Below, piece by piece: positions 1-12,449 of a stretch of 32,423 bases of DNA. Numbering within the stretch: position 1 is the first letter of the stretch; the number at the start of each line of letters is the position of its first letter. The notes below the pieces were generated by a model. It was not told the origin of the DNA, did no database searches, and saw only the letters and a list, made by a program, of their open reading frames with translations. Made by a program: the position numbers and the translations under genes. Origin of the DNA: Salisapilia sapeloensis CBS 127946 (lineage: Eukaryota > Protista > Oomycota); the NCBI GenBank assembly GCA_023334545.1, contig JAADVB010000214.1:1-32423 (forward strand), read 5' to 3'.

Positions 1-637
1 CGCTGTAGTTTGTTGTCTTCCAGGAAGAGCTTGTCGAGCTTGGAAAGAGCTCCAAAGTCATCTGGAAGAGCTTCAAGCAGGTTGCTCGATAGATTCAGCA
101 ACTGGAGGTTTGGTAAGTAAGTGATAGAGTCTGGAAGCCGCTTCAGCTTGTTCTTTGTCAATTCGATCATTTCCAAGAACGACAGCTTTCCTATCTAAGA
201 CCAGTAGGAAGAATAAATAACGAAATCAATGCGAACGAGCATGAAACGATATAGTTCCTGAACATACATGGCTTGCCTACCTCTTCGGGTAGAGACTTAA
301 TGTCAGTTGAAATCAGTGTTAGAGTATGGAGCATGGGCAGCGCCGTCGGTAGTTCATCCGGAATGTAAGTGAGACGATGTCCAGTAATACGGAGGGCTTG
401 GAGTTCATGCAGTCCAATTACTTTGGGCCAGCTAAAGATATTCAATGGCTCCTTCCAGGCAATATTGAGCTCACGAGATCGCGAGGCTTGTCGAAGGTAT
501 GGACTCCATAATCTCATTTTGCTCTCCTCCAGTTCATGTCGAATTTCTTCATCTTCCTGTGCTTTCTTCTCTCGACGTTGCTCGAGTTTGTCCGCTATCC
601 AGGCCTGTCGAGCGGATAAGTCGGCAATTTTGGACAT
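1..637 (-). CDS. Leucine-rich repeat protein, 3' end outside window; exons 281-637 and <1-194, intron 195-280 (86 nt)
   Basis: ATG at 637. Splicing GAG|gtaggc...tcttag|ATA GGA AAG (phase 0) joins KSLPEE to IGKLSFLEMIELTKNKLKRLPDSITYLPNLQLLNLSSNLLEALPDDFGALSKLDKLFLEDNKLQ, which contains consecutive LxxLxLxxNxL repeats. Confidence 0.85.
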
Positions 638-770
638 GTTACCACGGACTTGAAGAGATGAACTTCTGGTATTTATTACTATTTATATCCCATACGAGTC
701 CGTTACGTCTTGGTTAACGAACCTTCAAGTGCTCTGAAGGCGCTTCGTGCTGGCGAAAACTACCGAAAGA

Positions 771-3398
771 ATGCAACTTCGTGTCACTCGGTCGGAAGAG
801 CAGCTCCCACCTCCATTGCCGCTCATATCTCTTCCGGATGAAGTACGACTGGCAAAGACCGGGCTATTTCCTTTACGTCCGTCACACCTCCCTATCCGAC
901 GGCACATCATTGAAGCCGCAGACAACAGACCGCCTGAACCGATTCTTGTTGAAACATGCGAGCCAGAGTATAACCATGAGCTTGGTGAGAATTTCATGAC
1001 AGAATATACATGTAAGGTACCCGTGTACGAGTACAACTGTCCTGAAGCTGCACTGGAGAGAAAGGCACCTTTAGATACCCTCGAGTTCGATTCGCTCTTT
1101 GAAAGTGGTAATTTGCTACGAGCCGAACGGATATTGGAGCAGGGTCTTGAGCTCACAACGCAGAGACGTATAAGCTATGGAATTTTTAAATGTATTCCGT
1201 GTTCATTCTCTTCCTTGCATAGGTCAGGAATATGAACTCTACATACACCCGGATGTGAAGAACAGTGCATATCGCCAGTGGTTCTACTTTGAAGTACGCA
1301 ATATGAAGCCAGGCACCGAATACAGGTTTTCTCTTGTCAACATGGCCAAAAGCGATGCGCTCTACGGTAGCGGTCTTCAACCAGTGGTTTATTCAGAGAT
1401 CGAAGCCCAAGAAAGTGGTGTCGCATGGGTACACGCTTGCACAGACGTCCGATACCAGCCTGCAGATGCTCTCAATCCAGATACGGTATCTGCTGCCGGT
1501 GAAGAGCCTTGCAACGTCCTTAGCTTCAAGTATGAATTCCTACATGAAGATGACCGCGTCTACTTTGCATGCTTACAGCCATACACATATACAGGTACGA
1601 TTTCATCATTAGACTTTTTATTGCTTGATAGCATCTCATCCATCAAGCGGTATGCAGACCTCGTCGAGTACCTGGATGACTTACAGAGCAACCCAGATCG
1701 ATGTATATACTTTCGACGAACGGAGCTCTGCCAAACAATCGCTCAGAACGTCTGTGACCTCCTGACAATCACATCCATGTCAAAGTATAGCGAGCTACCA
1801 CAAGACGACCGAAGAGGTAAGTTAAGAGCTAATTAATGGTCTATTGACGGCTGTGTAAATACCTTTGGATAGTCATCGTTATATCTGCGCGCGTGCATCC
1901 TGGCGAATCCAACAGCAGCTGGATGATGAAAGGCATGATCGACTATCTGACAGGACCAACGCTAGAAGCTCAAGTATTGCGTGACCACTTTATCTTCAAA
2001 ATCGTCCCGATGCTCAATCCAGACGGCGTCATCAATGGCAACACGCGCGTGAACTTGGCTGGATGGGATCTCAATCGCAAGTGGTCTTGTCCGGTCGACA
2101 AGCTCTTTCCGACCGTCTACCATCTCAAGCGACAGATCTCGACGTATCAGCTCCGGAATCGAGTTGCTATCTATTGCGACCTACATGGTCACAGCATCAA
2201 TCGCAACATCTTCACGTACGGATGCTATAAGAAAGCAAACAAGAGTAAAAGCAAAGGAGATCCTCGTATATTTCCCATGGTCGTTGCCAAGAACTCTCGC
2301 TTCTTTTCCTTCGATAGTTGCGACTTTAAAGTCCAAAAGTCCAAAGTGAATACTGCTCGAGTTGTCGTAAACCAGGAGCTAGGCGTCGTGAATAGCTATA
2401 CACTAGAAGCGTCCTTCTGCGGTCCTGACTTTGGTCCTCGGAAAGACACGCAGTTCTCGACGTGGGATTTGGAAGAGATGGGAAGGACATGGTGTCAAAG
2501 TCTGCTCGTGTACTTTAATCTACTGCCAAAGGTGAAAGAGCTGGAGAAAGGAGACTTGTCGCCTAAGTCTCTCACGAATGTCCTGTCCTCTTATCGTCTG
2601 GAAACGAAAGCGACGTCGTATGATGACATATCCACCGACATCCTTCGCGACTGTGAATCAGTCATCTCGGCCTTGTACAGCTCATGTCGAGGAAATGACA
2701 GCGACAGCGAGTCCAAAGGCCCTCGGTATGGTCGACACACTTGCGTCGATTCAGATCTCTCGGACGCAGAGGATGAGCCGCTGCCGCCAACGGGAGATGT
2801 CTACCCAGACGTCGTTTCCACCACCCAAGATGGTGTCGAAAGTGGACGGAAACCTCCATCGAATGGCAAGAAGAAAGTTGATATAAGAACGAAACGAAAG
2901 AAGATTCGTCCGCGGTCCATCGAGGGGGCTTCAAATCCAAAACGACGGGTGAATAAGCCCAAGAGCGACGTGCCTCGAAGACGAAATGGTGGGAAGAAGA
3001 ACATTCGAGCCAAATGCACATCGCCTCGAGTCAAGAGCGCTACGAGTGGTAGGGAAGTCGATAACACTGCAGCCTTCCTACCGTCGATGCTCGCGAGAAG
3101 CAGCTTACGTGACGTCTCGACGGCTCCGACTGGATCAAATGTCCGACGGAAGGCTCCACCTGCCCTGTCAAGTGCGCGATACCCGAGCTACATGCCCGAC
3201 AAGAAGCAATTGGTAACTCGCAACAAGAGCGAGAGAAATATCCAAGTGAGCTTAGCACCAACGAAAGGCCTGCCACACGTATCGACTAGCGTAGCGTACG
3301 AAAGAGAAGGGTATGGCTATGAAGAGCATAACAATGCGAGTGAAAGCTATCGACGCAACGGTCCGAACTCGTCTGTGTTTATTATGCGTTCCAAGTAA
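771..3398 (+). CDS. Cytosolic carboxypeptidase (M14D, Nna1/AGBL/CCP tubulin deglutamylase family); exons 771-1167, 1223-1594, 1658-1816, 1873-3398
   Basis: Motifs FDSLFESGNL, QWFYFEV and QPYTYTDL (restored by removing intron 1595-1657). Also ISARVHPGESNSSW (Zn ligands H..E), KIVPMLNPDGVINGN.R, DLNRKW, DLHGHS and YTLEASF (catalytic Glu). Three GT-AG introns of 55, 63 and 56 nt join the ORF-track fragments in the right phases. The C-terminal tail is basic and low-complexity. The first in-frame ATG is taken as the start. Confidence 0.92.
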
Positions 3399-3409
3399 AA
3401 AGAGTTTTT

Positions 3410-4356
3410 CTATTTCGGATGTAGCAAGCCAGAGATGCTGACGAGTTGGTGCCGGAGCTCTTGGATGCCAAAGTCGAGTCGAGAGCTGCAGACGTGGATG
3501 ATCGGGTGCATGTTCTACAGGAAGGTTAGAGTCTAGGCAAAGGGACATGACAAGCTGCCAGACTTACGATCCGCTCCGGTTGTTTGGCCATGTCCTGCGC
3601 TTTACGCACCGTCTTTGTGAGCGCATCAGGAGAGACCTAGAGGTAAAAGGCAGTCGTTAGACGAGAGTGGGCGTATCTGAAGAGACAGACGTACTGAATC
3701 TGCTTTGGTGAAGATGATCTGATAGAGAGTTCCGAGGTCAAAGAGGTAGTCCATGAACTCTTCGTCCATCTTTTGGACGCCTCTGCGACTGTCGATGAGA
3801 ATATACGTCGTCTTGAGATTTGTGGCTCGACGTTGGTCGATGTAGTTGCCAACGAGCTGGTGCCATTCGTCCACAACTGCTTTCGGAGCCGTTGCGAATC
3901 CGTACCCAGGCATATCCACAAGCGCCAAGTCCGGCTGACTTCCTTTCTTGCCACCCACCGAGAAGAAGTTTAGCTAGTGCAGGTATAAGTATCTCTCGAA
4001 GCATAAAAGACGGAGGATCGACGCACTCGTTGTGTACGCCCTGGCGTCTTGGACGTCCGGACTAGCTGCGGCTGACTGGTGATGGCATTGATCAAAGACG
4101 ACTTGCCGACGTTGGAGCGACCTGCAAACGCCACTTCCGGCACGTCCCACTCTGGTAAATCGTCCTCGTCGGCCGTGGATGTGATCAATTGGGATGGCGC
4201 GTCGAATAGTCTCTTGGACACGGCAGCTTCGTGTGGTAGTAATCGAGGAGGTTCATCGACGCCATCGATCATCCACTGCGTTGGTACTCTCGCTAGTCGC
4301 TGCGTCTTCCGAGGCGCCGCCAGCCACCGTCGCTGCGTCCTGCGTAGCATGTCCAT
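3410..4356 (-). CDS. engB: EngB/YsxC/YihA family ribosome-biogenesis GTPase, probably organellar; exons 4027-4356, 3695-3973, 3568-3636, 3410-3514
   Basis: G1 GRSNVGKS, G2 SKTPGRT, G3 [15 protein letters not shown] and G4 TKAD. Three GT-AG introns (53, 58, 53 nt, all phase 0) give a continuous protein ending ...[28 protein letters not shown]. The Arg-rich N-terminus ([17 protein letters not shown]) resembles a transit peptide. The start could be 4356 or 4350. Confidence 0.92.
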
Positions 4357-5082
4357 GGGATTGACCACTTGTGCCAGTTGCAGTGGTACGGTATAGGTAC
4401 ACGCTTCTCCCGTGTGTCGACGAGTGGTGGCTGCTTGAGGTGGCACGCTCGTCTACAGAGTGTGCGGCTGTTTATAAAGCATCTTCGTGAGCAAGTAAAT
4501 GGTCGGCAGAGAGGCCGCGAGGTGCAGCGGACGAGGGTACCACGTCACGTGCGCAGATTAGCAAAGTCACATGTACGTATCTTGAACCGACGGAGCGATC
4601 CTGTTCGATGCCGAGGTCGTCCGTACGTGTGCCCTTCGCATCGACAGACCTAGTCGACGTCTATGCACTGTCTGCATCCTGTTTTTTCGAAAGTGAAGTC
4701 GTGGAAGGTGTATAAGAATCGACGCGATTAATTTAAATTTCTCTCCCCATCTGCACGTATGTCGTCCAGCACAGGTCGCCACGTACATGTCGTCTCCTAG
4801 CTAGATCCGAAACGTTTCTTACTCCGTGCCGTTGCAAAAGCGCTGATGAGTCGCTTGCATCAATTTACGAATATCGTTTCTACATGTCGCCAGTCTTTTG
4901 CATCATGGGCTCTTTTCAACGGATCTCTATCTCGAGGTCTCCTCTGTCTCTGTCTCGAGTACCACAAGCGGATGCGACGAGAAGCTCCTGGTCTCGTCTC
5001 GTCTCAAGCATACAATCTCCAAGTGGAATGAAAAAATAAAAATTCAGCAGCCATTTTCGGTTTTATCTCGCACTGAGCCCTG

Positions 5083-8000
5083 ATGCCCCCGCCGTCTCCT
5101 TCCTCAGACGACCGGGTCGTCGACACGGCGTACGTCCAGTCCGACACGCCTCCGCAGAAGAGTCGGGATGAAAGTGGGCTCGTAGATTCCTTTGTCGACT
5201 CGTCACGAGACCAGGACGACATGGAAGAGGAGGCCGAGGGCGAATCGAACGAGTTCCGGCGCGTCGACATGAACAATCCGGACGCCAACGCCGCGAGAGA
5301 CTTTTGCTCCAACGTCGTCGTGACCTCTCGCTTCACCCTCTACAACTTCCTTCCGAAGCTCCTCTTCCACGAGTTCAGTAAGCTCGCCAACGCCTACTTT
5401 CTCATCATCTCCATCATGCAGACGATCGAGCCCATCTCCAACACCGGCGGCTTCCCAGCCTCGCTCCCAGCGCTCTCCATCATCGTCGCCATCGACATGT
5501 TCTTCGCCTGCCTAGAAGACTACAAGCGCCACAAGGCCGACAACGTGGCGAATGAGCGCCCGTGTCAGGTCTTTGACAGACACGCCAAGGCCTTCGTCGA
5601 CTCCAAGTGGAGGCTCATCAACGTCGGAGACGTCCTCAAGGTGCACAACCGCGAGCCCATCCCGGCGGACGTTGTCATCCTCGGCGCGTGTGAGCCGGAG
5701 CCGACGCACCCCGCCGGCATCTGCTACGTCGAGACCAAGAGTCTAGACGGCGAGACCAACCTCAAGCTGCGGCAGGGCGTCGAGGCCACGTACCCCTTCA
5801 TCAAGGAGGACGCAGACGTGGCCCAATTCCAAGGCCACTTGACTTGCGAACACCCGAACAACTCGATCCACCGCTTCAGCGGCACCCTGACGATGGCGAG
5901 CGGCAAGCAGGAGGTGGTGACGACCAACGCCATCGCCCTCCGCGGGTCCACGCTCCGGAACACGGAGTTCATGTACGGCCTCGTGGTGAACACTGGCGCC
6001 GAGACCAAGATCATGATGGCGGCGGCGGCGGCGCCCATCAAGTGGAGCAACATGGAGCGCAAGCTCAACGAGCAGATTCTCTACATCTGCTGCCTCATGG
6101 TCGTGCTGTGTCTCACGGGGGCCACGCTCTCGGCCGTCTGGAACGCTGGCAACCTGGGCGACACGCGCCCCAAGGCCGAGTCGTGGTACCTGTACGACAA
6201 CTCGGCGACGGCCGTGTCGGCGCCCGTGGGCGACTTTTTCATCCAAGTTCTCTACTACTTTCTCCTGCTCAACTCGTTCATCCCTGTGTCGCTCTACGTG
6301 AGCATGACGAGCGTCAAGTTCCTCCAAGCCTTCTTCATGAACAAGGACCTGGACATGTACCACGCCGAGAGCGACACGCCCTGTCAGGTGCGAACCATGT
6401 CTCTGAACGAAGAGCTGGGCCAGATCGACTACATCTTCTCGGATAAGACGGGCACCTTGACCTGCAACGTCATGGAGTTCCGCAAGTGCAGCATCAACGG
6501 CGTCGCGTACGGACACGGAGACACGGAGATCGGCCGCGCAGCCAAGAAGCGGCAGGAAGAAGAGGGTCTGCTTCCGATCGGACAGAACGACCCGATCCTG
6601 GAGGAGACGAGCGAAGACGAGGCGGGCGTGAGCGTCTCGAACCGCCGGACGCACCGGCTCGTCCAGGCGCCGTTCGTCAACTACCAGGACGACAGCATCT
6701 TCGACGCGCTGTCGAAGCCGCACACGCCCCACTGCAAGGTCATCCAGCAGTTCTTCGAGCACCTGGCCGTCTGCCACACGGTCATGGTGGAGAAGTCGAG
6801 CGACGGAGAGGTGCGTTTGAGCGCCTCGTCTCCCGATGAACAGGCGCTTGTGGCGGCGGCAGGTAGCTTCGGGTACAAGTTCGTGGCGCGGTCTCCTGGG
6901 CGAGCGTTTGTCGAGAGAGTGCCGCTGCCTGGGTTTGACCAGGAGCCGAGCGGAGAGCGAGATGCGTACGAGGTGCTGGAAGTGCTCGAGTTCAACTCGA
7001 CTCGGAAGCGCATGTCGGTGATCCTGCAAGACCCGAGTGGGAGCATCCGACTGCTGTGCAAAGGCGCCGACTCGGTCATGTACGAGCGTCTGAGGGAGGC
7101 GCAGACGCCGCAGGAGAGGAGCGTCCGGAAGAAGACGCTGGAGCACATGGAAAGGTTTGCGACGGAAGGGCTCCGGACGCTCGTGATCGCCTCGAGCGAG
7201 ATCGACAAGGACTTTTACCTCGACTGGGTCAAGGCCTATCGGTCGGCCATCAACGACATGCAGCAGATCGAGCTGCGCAGGAGGGGCGAGGAGAACGAGA
7301 TCGACCGGCGGATGGAGCAGATAGAGGTCAACCTCCAGATCCTGGGCGCGACGGCCATCGAGGATCGGCTGCAGGAGCACGTGCCGGACACCATCTTCAA
7401 GCTCCGAGAGGCCTCGATCAAGGTGTGGATGCTCACGGGGGACAAGGAGGAGACGGCCATCAACATCGGGTACGCCTGCCGCCTCCTCTCGGCCGACATG
7501 GACCGCATCGTCATCAGCGCCGAGTCCCACCCAGATCTCGACAGCATCGTCGAGGAGCTCGAGAGGTACACGCGGGACTCTGGGACGGACGAAGAAGACG
7601 CGAGCGGACTCTTCCAGCAGCAGCGACACCTACGAAGACTCTGGTTCTGGAAGAAGGACCCGCAAGAGACGACCTTGGCGGACAGAGGCAACCGACTCAC
7701 GCGACTGGAAAGTCTGGCCACGATGCACGCCACTCAAAAGGAACTGGCCCTAGTGATTGACGGAGAGACGTTGGAACTGGTGCTGGAAGAACGGCCGGAG
7801 CTCCTCATGAGCGTCGCGGAGCAGTGCGTCGCCGTCATTGCGTGTCGGGTGTCTCCGGCGCAAAAGGCGCAGCTGGTGCAGCTCGTCCGGAAGGCCAACC
7901 CCGCACTGCGGACGCTGGCCATCGGAGACGGCGCCAACGACGTGTCGATGATCCAGAGCGCCCACGTCGGCGTCGGCATCTCTGGGCAGGAGGGCATGCA

Positions 8001-9507
8001 GGCCGCCAACTCGGCCGACTACTCGATCGCCCAGTTCCGCTTCCTGTCCCGCCTGCTCTTCGTCCACGGCCGATGGAACTACATCCGCATGAGCACCCTC
8101 ATCCTCTATATCTTCTACAAGAACGTCATGATGAACCTCACGCAGTACTGGTACATGCTCTACACTGGCTTCTCCGGACAAAAGTTCTTCCTCGAGTGGG
8201 GCCTCCAGGGCTACAACCTCCTCTACACGGCGCTCCCCATCATCCTCGTCGGCACCTTTGAGCAGGACGTCCCGGCCTACCTTGCAGACGCTTTCCCCAT
8301 GCTCTACCGCGTCGGACAGGAGAACCGGCACTTCAACACGCAGCTCGTCATCGGGTGGATCGTGTCGTGCATCTGGGAGTCGCTTGTCATCAGCTTCGGG
8401 ACCTTGTACGGCATGCAGTACCTCGTCAATCACGGAGAGACGCCCAACATGTGGGTCTACGGCTGCACGGCCTTCACCATCGTCGTGCTCGTCGTCACGC
8501 TCAAGCTCTGTCTTCGCCAGGAGATGTGGTGGCCTCTCCACGTCCCGCTCTACGTCCTCTCCTTTGCCCTGTGGATCGTCACGGCCGCCATCATCTCGTA
8601 CGGATCCTCGGTCAACTTCTCCTACTGGAACGGCGTCTTCCCCAACACCTTTGGCGAAGGCGTCTTCTGGCTCCTCGTGCCCCTCCTCACTCTCACAGCT
8701 CTCTCCAGAGACTTCTTCTGGAAAGGCTACACGCAGGCCTTCCGGCCGTCCTACAAGCACTTGGCGCAGGAGGTCCACTCGTTCCAGCTCAGCTACATGG
8801 CGCACAAGCTCCTGACCTTCCCTCCGCCAGACAAGATCCCCAGTCGACAGGACCTCGAGGCAGAAGGCTTCGACCTCGCCAGTCCCACCGCCTCCCCTCG
8901 CACCGGATTCAGACTCCACCGGCCGCTCGTCAAGCCCTTCGTCTCGTCCTGGAGACGCATGATGACCGTCGCGTCCATGAACTTTGACATCCCCTACTTT
9001 CCTAGAGACACACAGGGTCAGAGATCGAGGCAGAAGAACGCGACGGTCAGTCGAGGCAACGCCTTTAGCTACGACGCCGAGAGTGTCATGGTCGAAGCCT
9101 ACATGGCCGGACAGAGGTACAATGGAGACCACGACAGTCGCTCCCAGTTCGAGCGACATGCGAGCAGAGGATCCATCGCCTTCCACAGCTTCAACGACAG
9201 CGGCAAGGACGACAGGCACGAGGAGCAGCACTCGGCTGGAAACGTCTTCCAGGCGTCCAAGCACATTGCTGGCAGGAGGCACCTTCGCAACATGCACAGC
9301 GCTGGGAGCAACTTGGACGCCAACGATGAGACTCGAGCGAATGCTCATCGCCGCAACCACAGCACTGGCGGACAGAACAACTCCTTCTTGAGAGGAAGGG
9401 GACTGCGGGCCATGTCGAGCGACGACATCACGAGGGTCGACGAAGGGCCGAGGGCGTCCAACCAGCGCGTCCGGCGGTACTCTCACCAGGCAAATGGAAG
9501 CGCCTAG
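5083..9507 (+). CDS. P4-type ATPase (phospholipid flippase, ALA/DRS2/ATP8 family), 1474 aa, intronless
   Basis: TSRFTLYNFLPK N-terminal motif, actuator LDGETNLK, PVSLYVS in M4, phosphorylation site DKTGTLT, SPDEQAL, FNSTRKRMSV, KVWMLTGDK, CRVSPAQK, IGDGANDV, and a C-terminal transmembrane block. Confidence 0.97.
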   Translation: MPPPSPSSDDRVVDTAYVQSDTPPQKSRDESGLVDSFVDSSRDQDDMEEEAEGESNEFRRVDMNNPDANAARDFCSNVVVTSRFTLYNFLPKLLFHEFSKLANAYFLIISIMQTIEPISNTGGFPASLPALSIIVAIDMFFACLEDYKRHKADNVANERPCQVFDRHAKAFVDSKWRLINVGDVLKVHNREPIPADVVILGACEPEPTHPAGICYVETKSLDGETNLKLRQGVEATYPFIKEDADVAQFQGHLTCEHPNNSIHRFSGTLTMASGKQEVVTTNAIALRGSTLRNTEFMYGLVVNTGAETKIMMAAAAAPIKWSNMERKLNEQILYICCLMVVLCLTGATLSAVWNAGNLGDTRPKAESWYLYDNSATAVSAPVGDFFIQVLYYFLLLNSFIPVSLYVSMTSVKFLQAFFMNKDLDMYHAESDTPCQVRTMSLNEELGQIDYIFSDKTGTLTCNVMEFRKCSINGVAYGHGDTEIGRAAKKRQEEEGLLPIGQNDPILEETSEDEAGVSVSNRRTHRLVQAPFVNYQDDSIFDALSKPHTPHCKVIQQFFEHLAVCHTVMVEKSSDGEVRLSASSPDEQALVAAAGSFGYKFVARSPGRAFVERVPLPGFDQEPSGERDAYEVLEVLEFNSTRKRMSVILQDPSGSIRLLCKGADSVMYERLREAQTPQERSVRKKTLEHMERFATEGLRTLVIASSEIDKDFYLDWVKAYRSAINDMQQIELRRRGEENEIDRRMEQIEVNLQILGATAIEDRLQEHVPDTIFKLREASIKVWMLTGDKEETAINIGYACRLLSADMDRIVISAESHPDLDSIVEELERYTRDSGTDEEDASGLFQQQRHLRRLWFWKKDPQETTLADRGNRLTRLESLATMHATQKELALVIDGETLELVLEERPELLMSVAEQCVAVIACRVSPAQKAQLVQLVRKANPALRTLAIGDGANDVSMIQSAHVGVGISGQEGMQAANSADYSIAQFRFLSRLLFVHGRWNYIRMSTLILYIFYKNVMMNLTQYWYMLYTGFSGQKFFLEWGLQGYNLLYTALPIILVGTFEQDVPAYLADAFPMLYRVGQENRHFNTQLVIGWIVSCIWESLVISFGTLYGMQYLVNHGETPNMWVYGCTAFTIVVLVVTLKLCLRQEMWWPLHVPLYVLSFALWIVTAAIISYGSSVNFSYWNGVFPNTFGEGVFWLLVPLLTLTALSRDFFWKGYTQAFRPSYKHLAQEVHSFQLSYMAHKLLTFPPPDKIPSRQDLEAEGFDLASPTASPRTGFRLHRPLVKPFVSSWRRMMTVASMNFDIPYFPRDTQGQRSRQKNATVSRGNAFSYDAESVMVEAYMAGQRYNGDHDSRSQFERHASRGSIAFHSFNDSGKDDRHEEQHSAGNVFQASKHIAGRRHLRNMHSAGSNLDANDETRANAHRRNHSTGGQNNSFLRGRGLRAMSSDDITRVDEGPRASNQRVRRYSHQANGSA

Positions 9508-12449
9508 TGACACAGGACGGCCTAGACACACGGACGATCGGGTCCAGTGTACATTGACCACTTTGGTCGAATCAAATATATCGTGCTTTTCTCTCTGTTC
9601 TCTAGAGGTTGGACAGTCCAAGGACGAAGTCTTGTCCACTTTTGTTTCATGAGCATCAAAGCTTCCTTTCGAATGAAATACACTCGTTGAGAGACCGATG
9701 GGTTTAAGACGGGGGTTTACGCTCGGTTGAATTGCGTTCGGCCTGCTAGAGTTCTGCTCACAGTCTGGATAAGTTCGAGTCGAGGCTGCTGGACGAAGCC
9801 GTGTAGCTGTCGTCATTTTACGTCCATATCGACCCAAGGTAACTAATTTATTGCCGAGCAGCCAACATTTCTCACGCGGAGACTCGACAAGACTTAGCGT
9901 AGACGAAACAAGGCGAGTTACATAGTGGAACTGATACGACGCTTGCAGTAGCCGCACTGCAGCTTGTGCTCTGTCACGAACGCATTACATTTACCGCATT
10001 ACTGAGGAATGGGGCGGAGATATTCCCCATGATCGTGCGACCTATTTCTTGTAGAAGCGCCCAGGCATCACTTGATCTGATATCCATACCAAGTTGCCAT
10101 GTGCCGACTAAGCTTGTGATTAATGTATGGGATTCTCGTCATCACAAACAAAAAGTGGTGGTGATGAACGAATACAGTGTCTTTATCAGGACTTCCTTTG
10201 TTGTAGAGCTAGGCGGTACATTTCCTATGCGTTGACTTGTAGCTCAACAAAAACTTCATTATTCGATGCATACATAGAATACTGAATTCCCATAGAGTAG
10301 GACTGTAATTGTCAGGAATGCCATGACGCCAGCAAGAGCGTACGGCGTAGATATACATTTTTACTTTCTGCACGTAGGAGACATTTATCACGCAATACTT
10401 TAGCGTCTTGGTACAACAAAGACCTATGTTATCCAGCTTTTGTATGTACTTCCACTTGCAAGTTAACTTCGAATGACAGCCTCGCACAGCACTCGGTGTC
10501 GGAAAAGTATAAAGGCGGATGAGTACATAGGAAGTTCATGCTCACTTAACGCTGGGATATGGTCATGATATGGTGCCGCAAACGTGATGATTAGACATTA
10601 GATGAGCAAAACCCGGTCCGTTTTAAGCATCCTCTATGGGAATTTGATGTAGCCAAAATGAGGTGTATCAGATATCTGGTGTCTTCGCTTCCAGTTTAAA
10701 CACCTACGTGCATGTGGCAATCGTCGCTACGACTATTCATATCCATTTGTGCGTTTAAATTCCTACGATCTATGTCAAATAAAATCCCTTATGAAATACG
10801 TGTTAGAAAGGTAGTACTTCGTCCGTGCTGATCTCCGCTACGTTGTTTGTCCGCAAAGCTCTTAGCGCTGGAACGGGAGACAACATAACAGTAAGGTGGT
10901 CTACAGCGAGTAATACTCTGACCGTAGCACTGCTCTAGGCTAGCATTTGGAACTAATGGATGCATCCAATGACTTCCCAATACTACAGTCGTTTACGAGC
11001 TGCTAGACGAGCGTTTGCTACTATTGTCATCATTCACATTATCTCCGACACGATGACTTTTGATAGTAATAGGAACCATTTTAGGATGCTAGGTACCAAT
11101 TGCAGGTGTAGCAACATGTGCAATGCAAACTAGGAATCGGCAAGATCATAAATGCAAATTCCACCCCATACACTTCTTCATCCGGAAATCATATCCACTT
11201 GTCAAAACTAAAGGCTCTTTACTGTACTACAACCCACCTTCGACAACCTACTACGAATAGAAAAGTCTTAGCCTCATGCTCTAGACCAAAAGAGAATTTA
11301 CTAATAAGCACAGGTCTGTCAGTAAATTATATTGTATACGACAAATAGAAGCTGCAGAACAGAATGTGGAGATGGAAATCTCTACAGTGGACTACACAAA
11401 GAAATTGCGACAGTCTTGCCGATGGTTGAGCGCAGGTAGACAATAAGGCTGAGCCAACTGAGCTAGCGAAGATGTCACTTCTCTGCCTATGCCCAAAGCT
11501 ATCCTCTCAACCAACTTTTCATCGGTATACACGTACATATATTTATGGCTTTCTAGTGATTCTATTCGGTTTTCTCCAGGACTTCAAGCTTGTAAGGAAC
11601 ATGATTGGGGGCCAAACCATATCGTCAGTGAATCGCAAACATTAGTGGGGCTATAAGAGTTTTGTATTGCTGCTTTAAAGTCTTATGTTTGAGTTGCTTT
11701 TGGCATGTGTACGCGCACTGGACACACTCATATTAGAACCATGGACAACAATTGACCGCGCTTATAAACAAGCGGCAAGAAGAGATGCATCAAAAACCAT
11801 CTAACAACAAAGCGACGCCACCATTGACCCACAGAGTCCTCTCTAGGACAGAGGGCAATGATCAATACAGCCAACCACCTTGGTCACCGATCTAAATCGG
11901 TGGCTAGATTTCCGTGAACGAAATTCTAGAACGTAGACAAACTTGTGTAGCTAGAGAACGGTGCGACCCGAAAGCTGGTGCACAATTAGCGTTTGCTGAG
12001 TAGTACCTTGGCAATGATAAGCCACTTGAGGTCAATGCACATCTCTTTCAATTCAACTCAAATTTCAGTTTGCTCCTAGTTTCTAGCAAAGCGGCAATCA
12101 ATGATAACCAACTCAATGTTTGAATCGCCACAATACCTGCACCAGATCGATGCTGGCAGAAGTACACAAAGCATTCTATTTCTTGCATACAAGAGCACCC
12201 TGCGATACTATTCTTTTATATACTGTCAGATTCCCGCAAACGTTTACGCATAAACTATTGGCCATATTTGATCGTAGCCATACTCTGCTGTACAGACCAA
12301 CGTCTTGTTTCAAAATCTATCTGCGTATAGAACTACATTCAGCTCAAAAGGTCGAGTCAAGCGTCTGCTTCTAGGTTCCAACCAAAACAACTCCGTAACA
12401 GCAACGTTCTCAGCTGTATCTCGTGTAAACTGTATCGTTGATATCAAGA

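Noticed and set aside
4601-4648. Imperfect hairpin and short ORFs in the EngB / P4-ATPase divergent gap
   Set aside because: No snRNA or snoRNA box motifs were recognised, the ORFs lack coding character, and the stem is within chance for GC-rich DNA.
9502-9536. Degenerate direct repeat GCCTAG..ACAC.GGACG x2 at the P4-ATPase stop
   Set aside because: A short local duplication with no further copies; not a CRISPR-like or mobile-element repeat.
5743-9957. Very long antisense ORFs (5743-7629, 628 aa; 7750-9957, 735 aa)
   Set aside because: They lie opposite the GC3-rich P4-ATPase, whose codon usage rarely creates antisense stops. The translations are V/R/L/G-rich with no motifs, so they are shadow ORFs.
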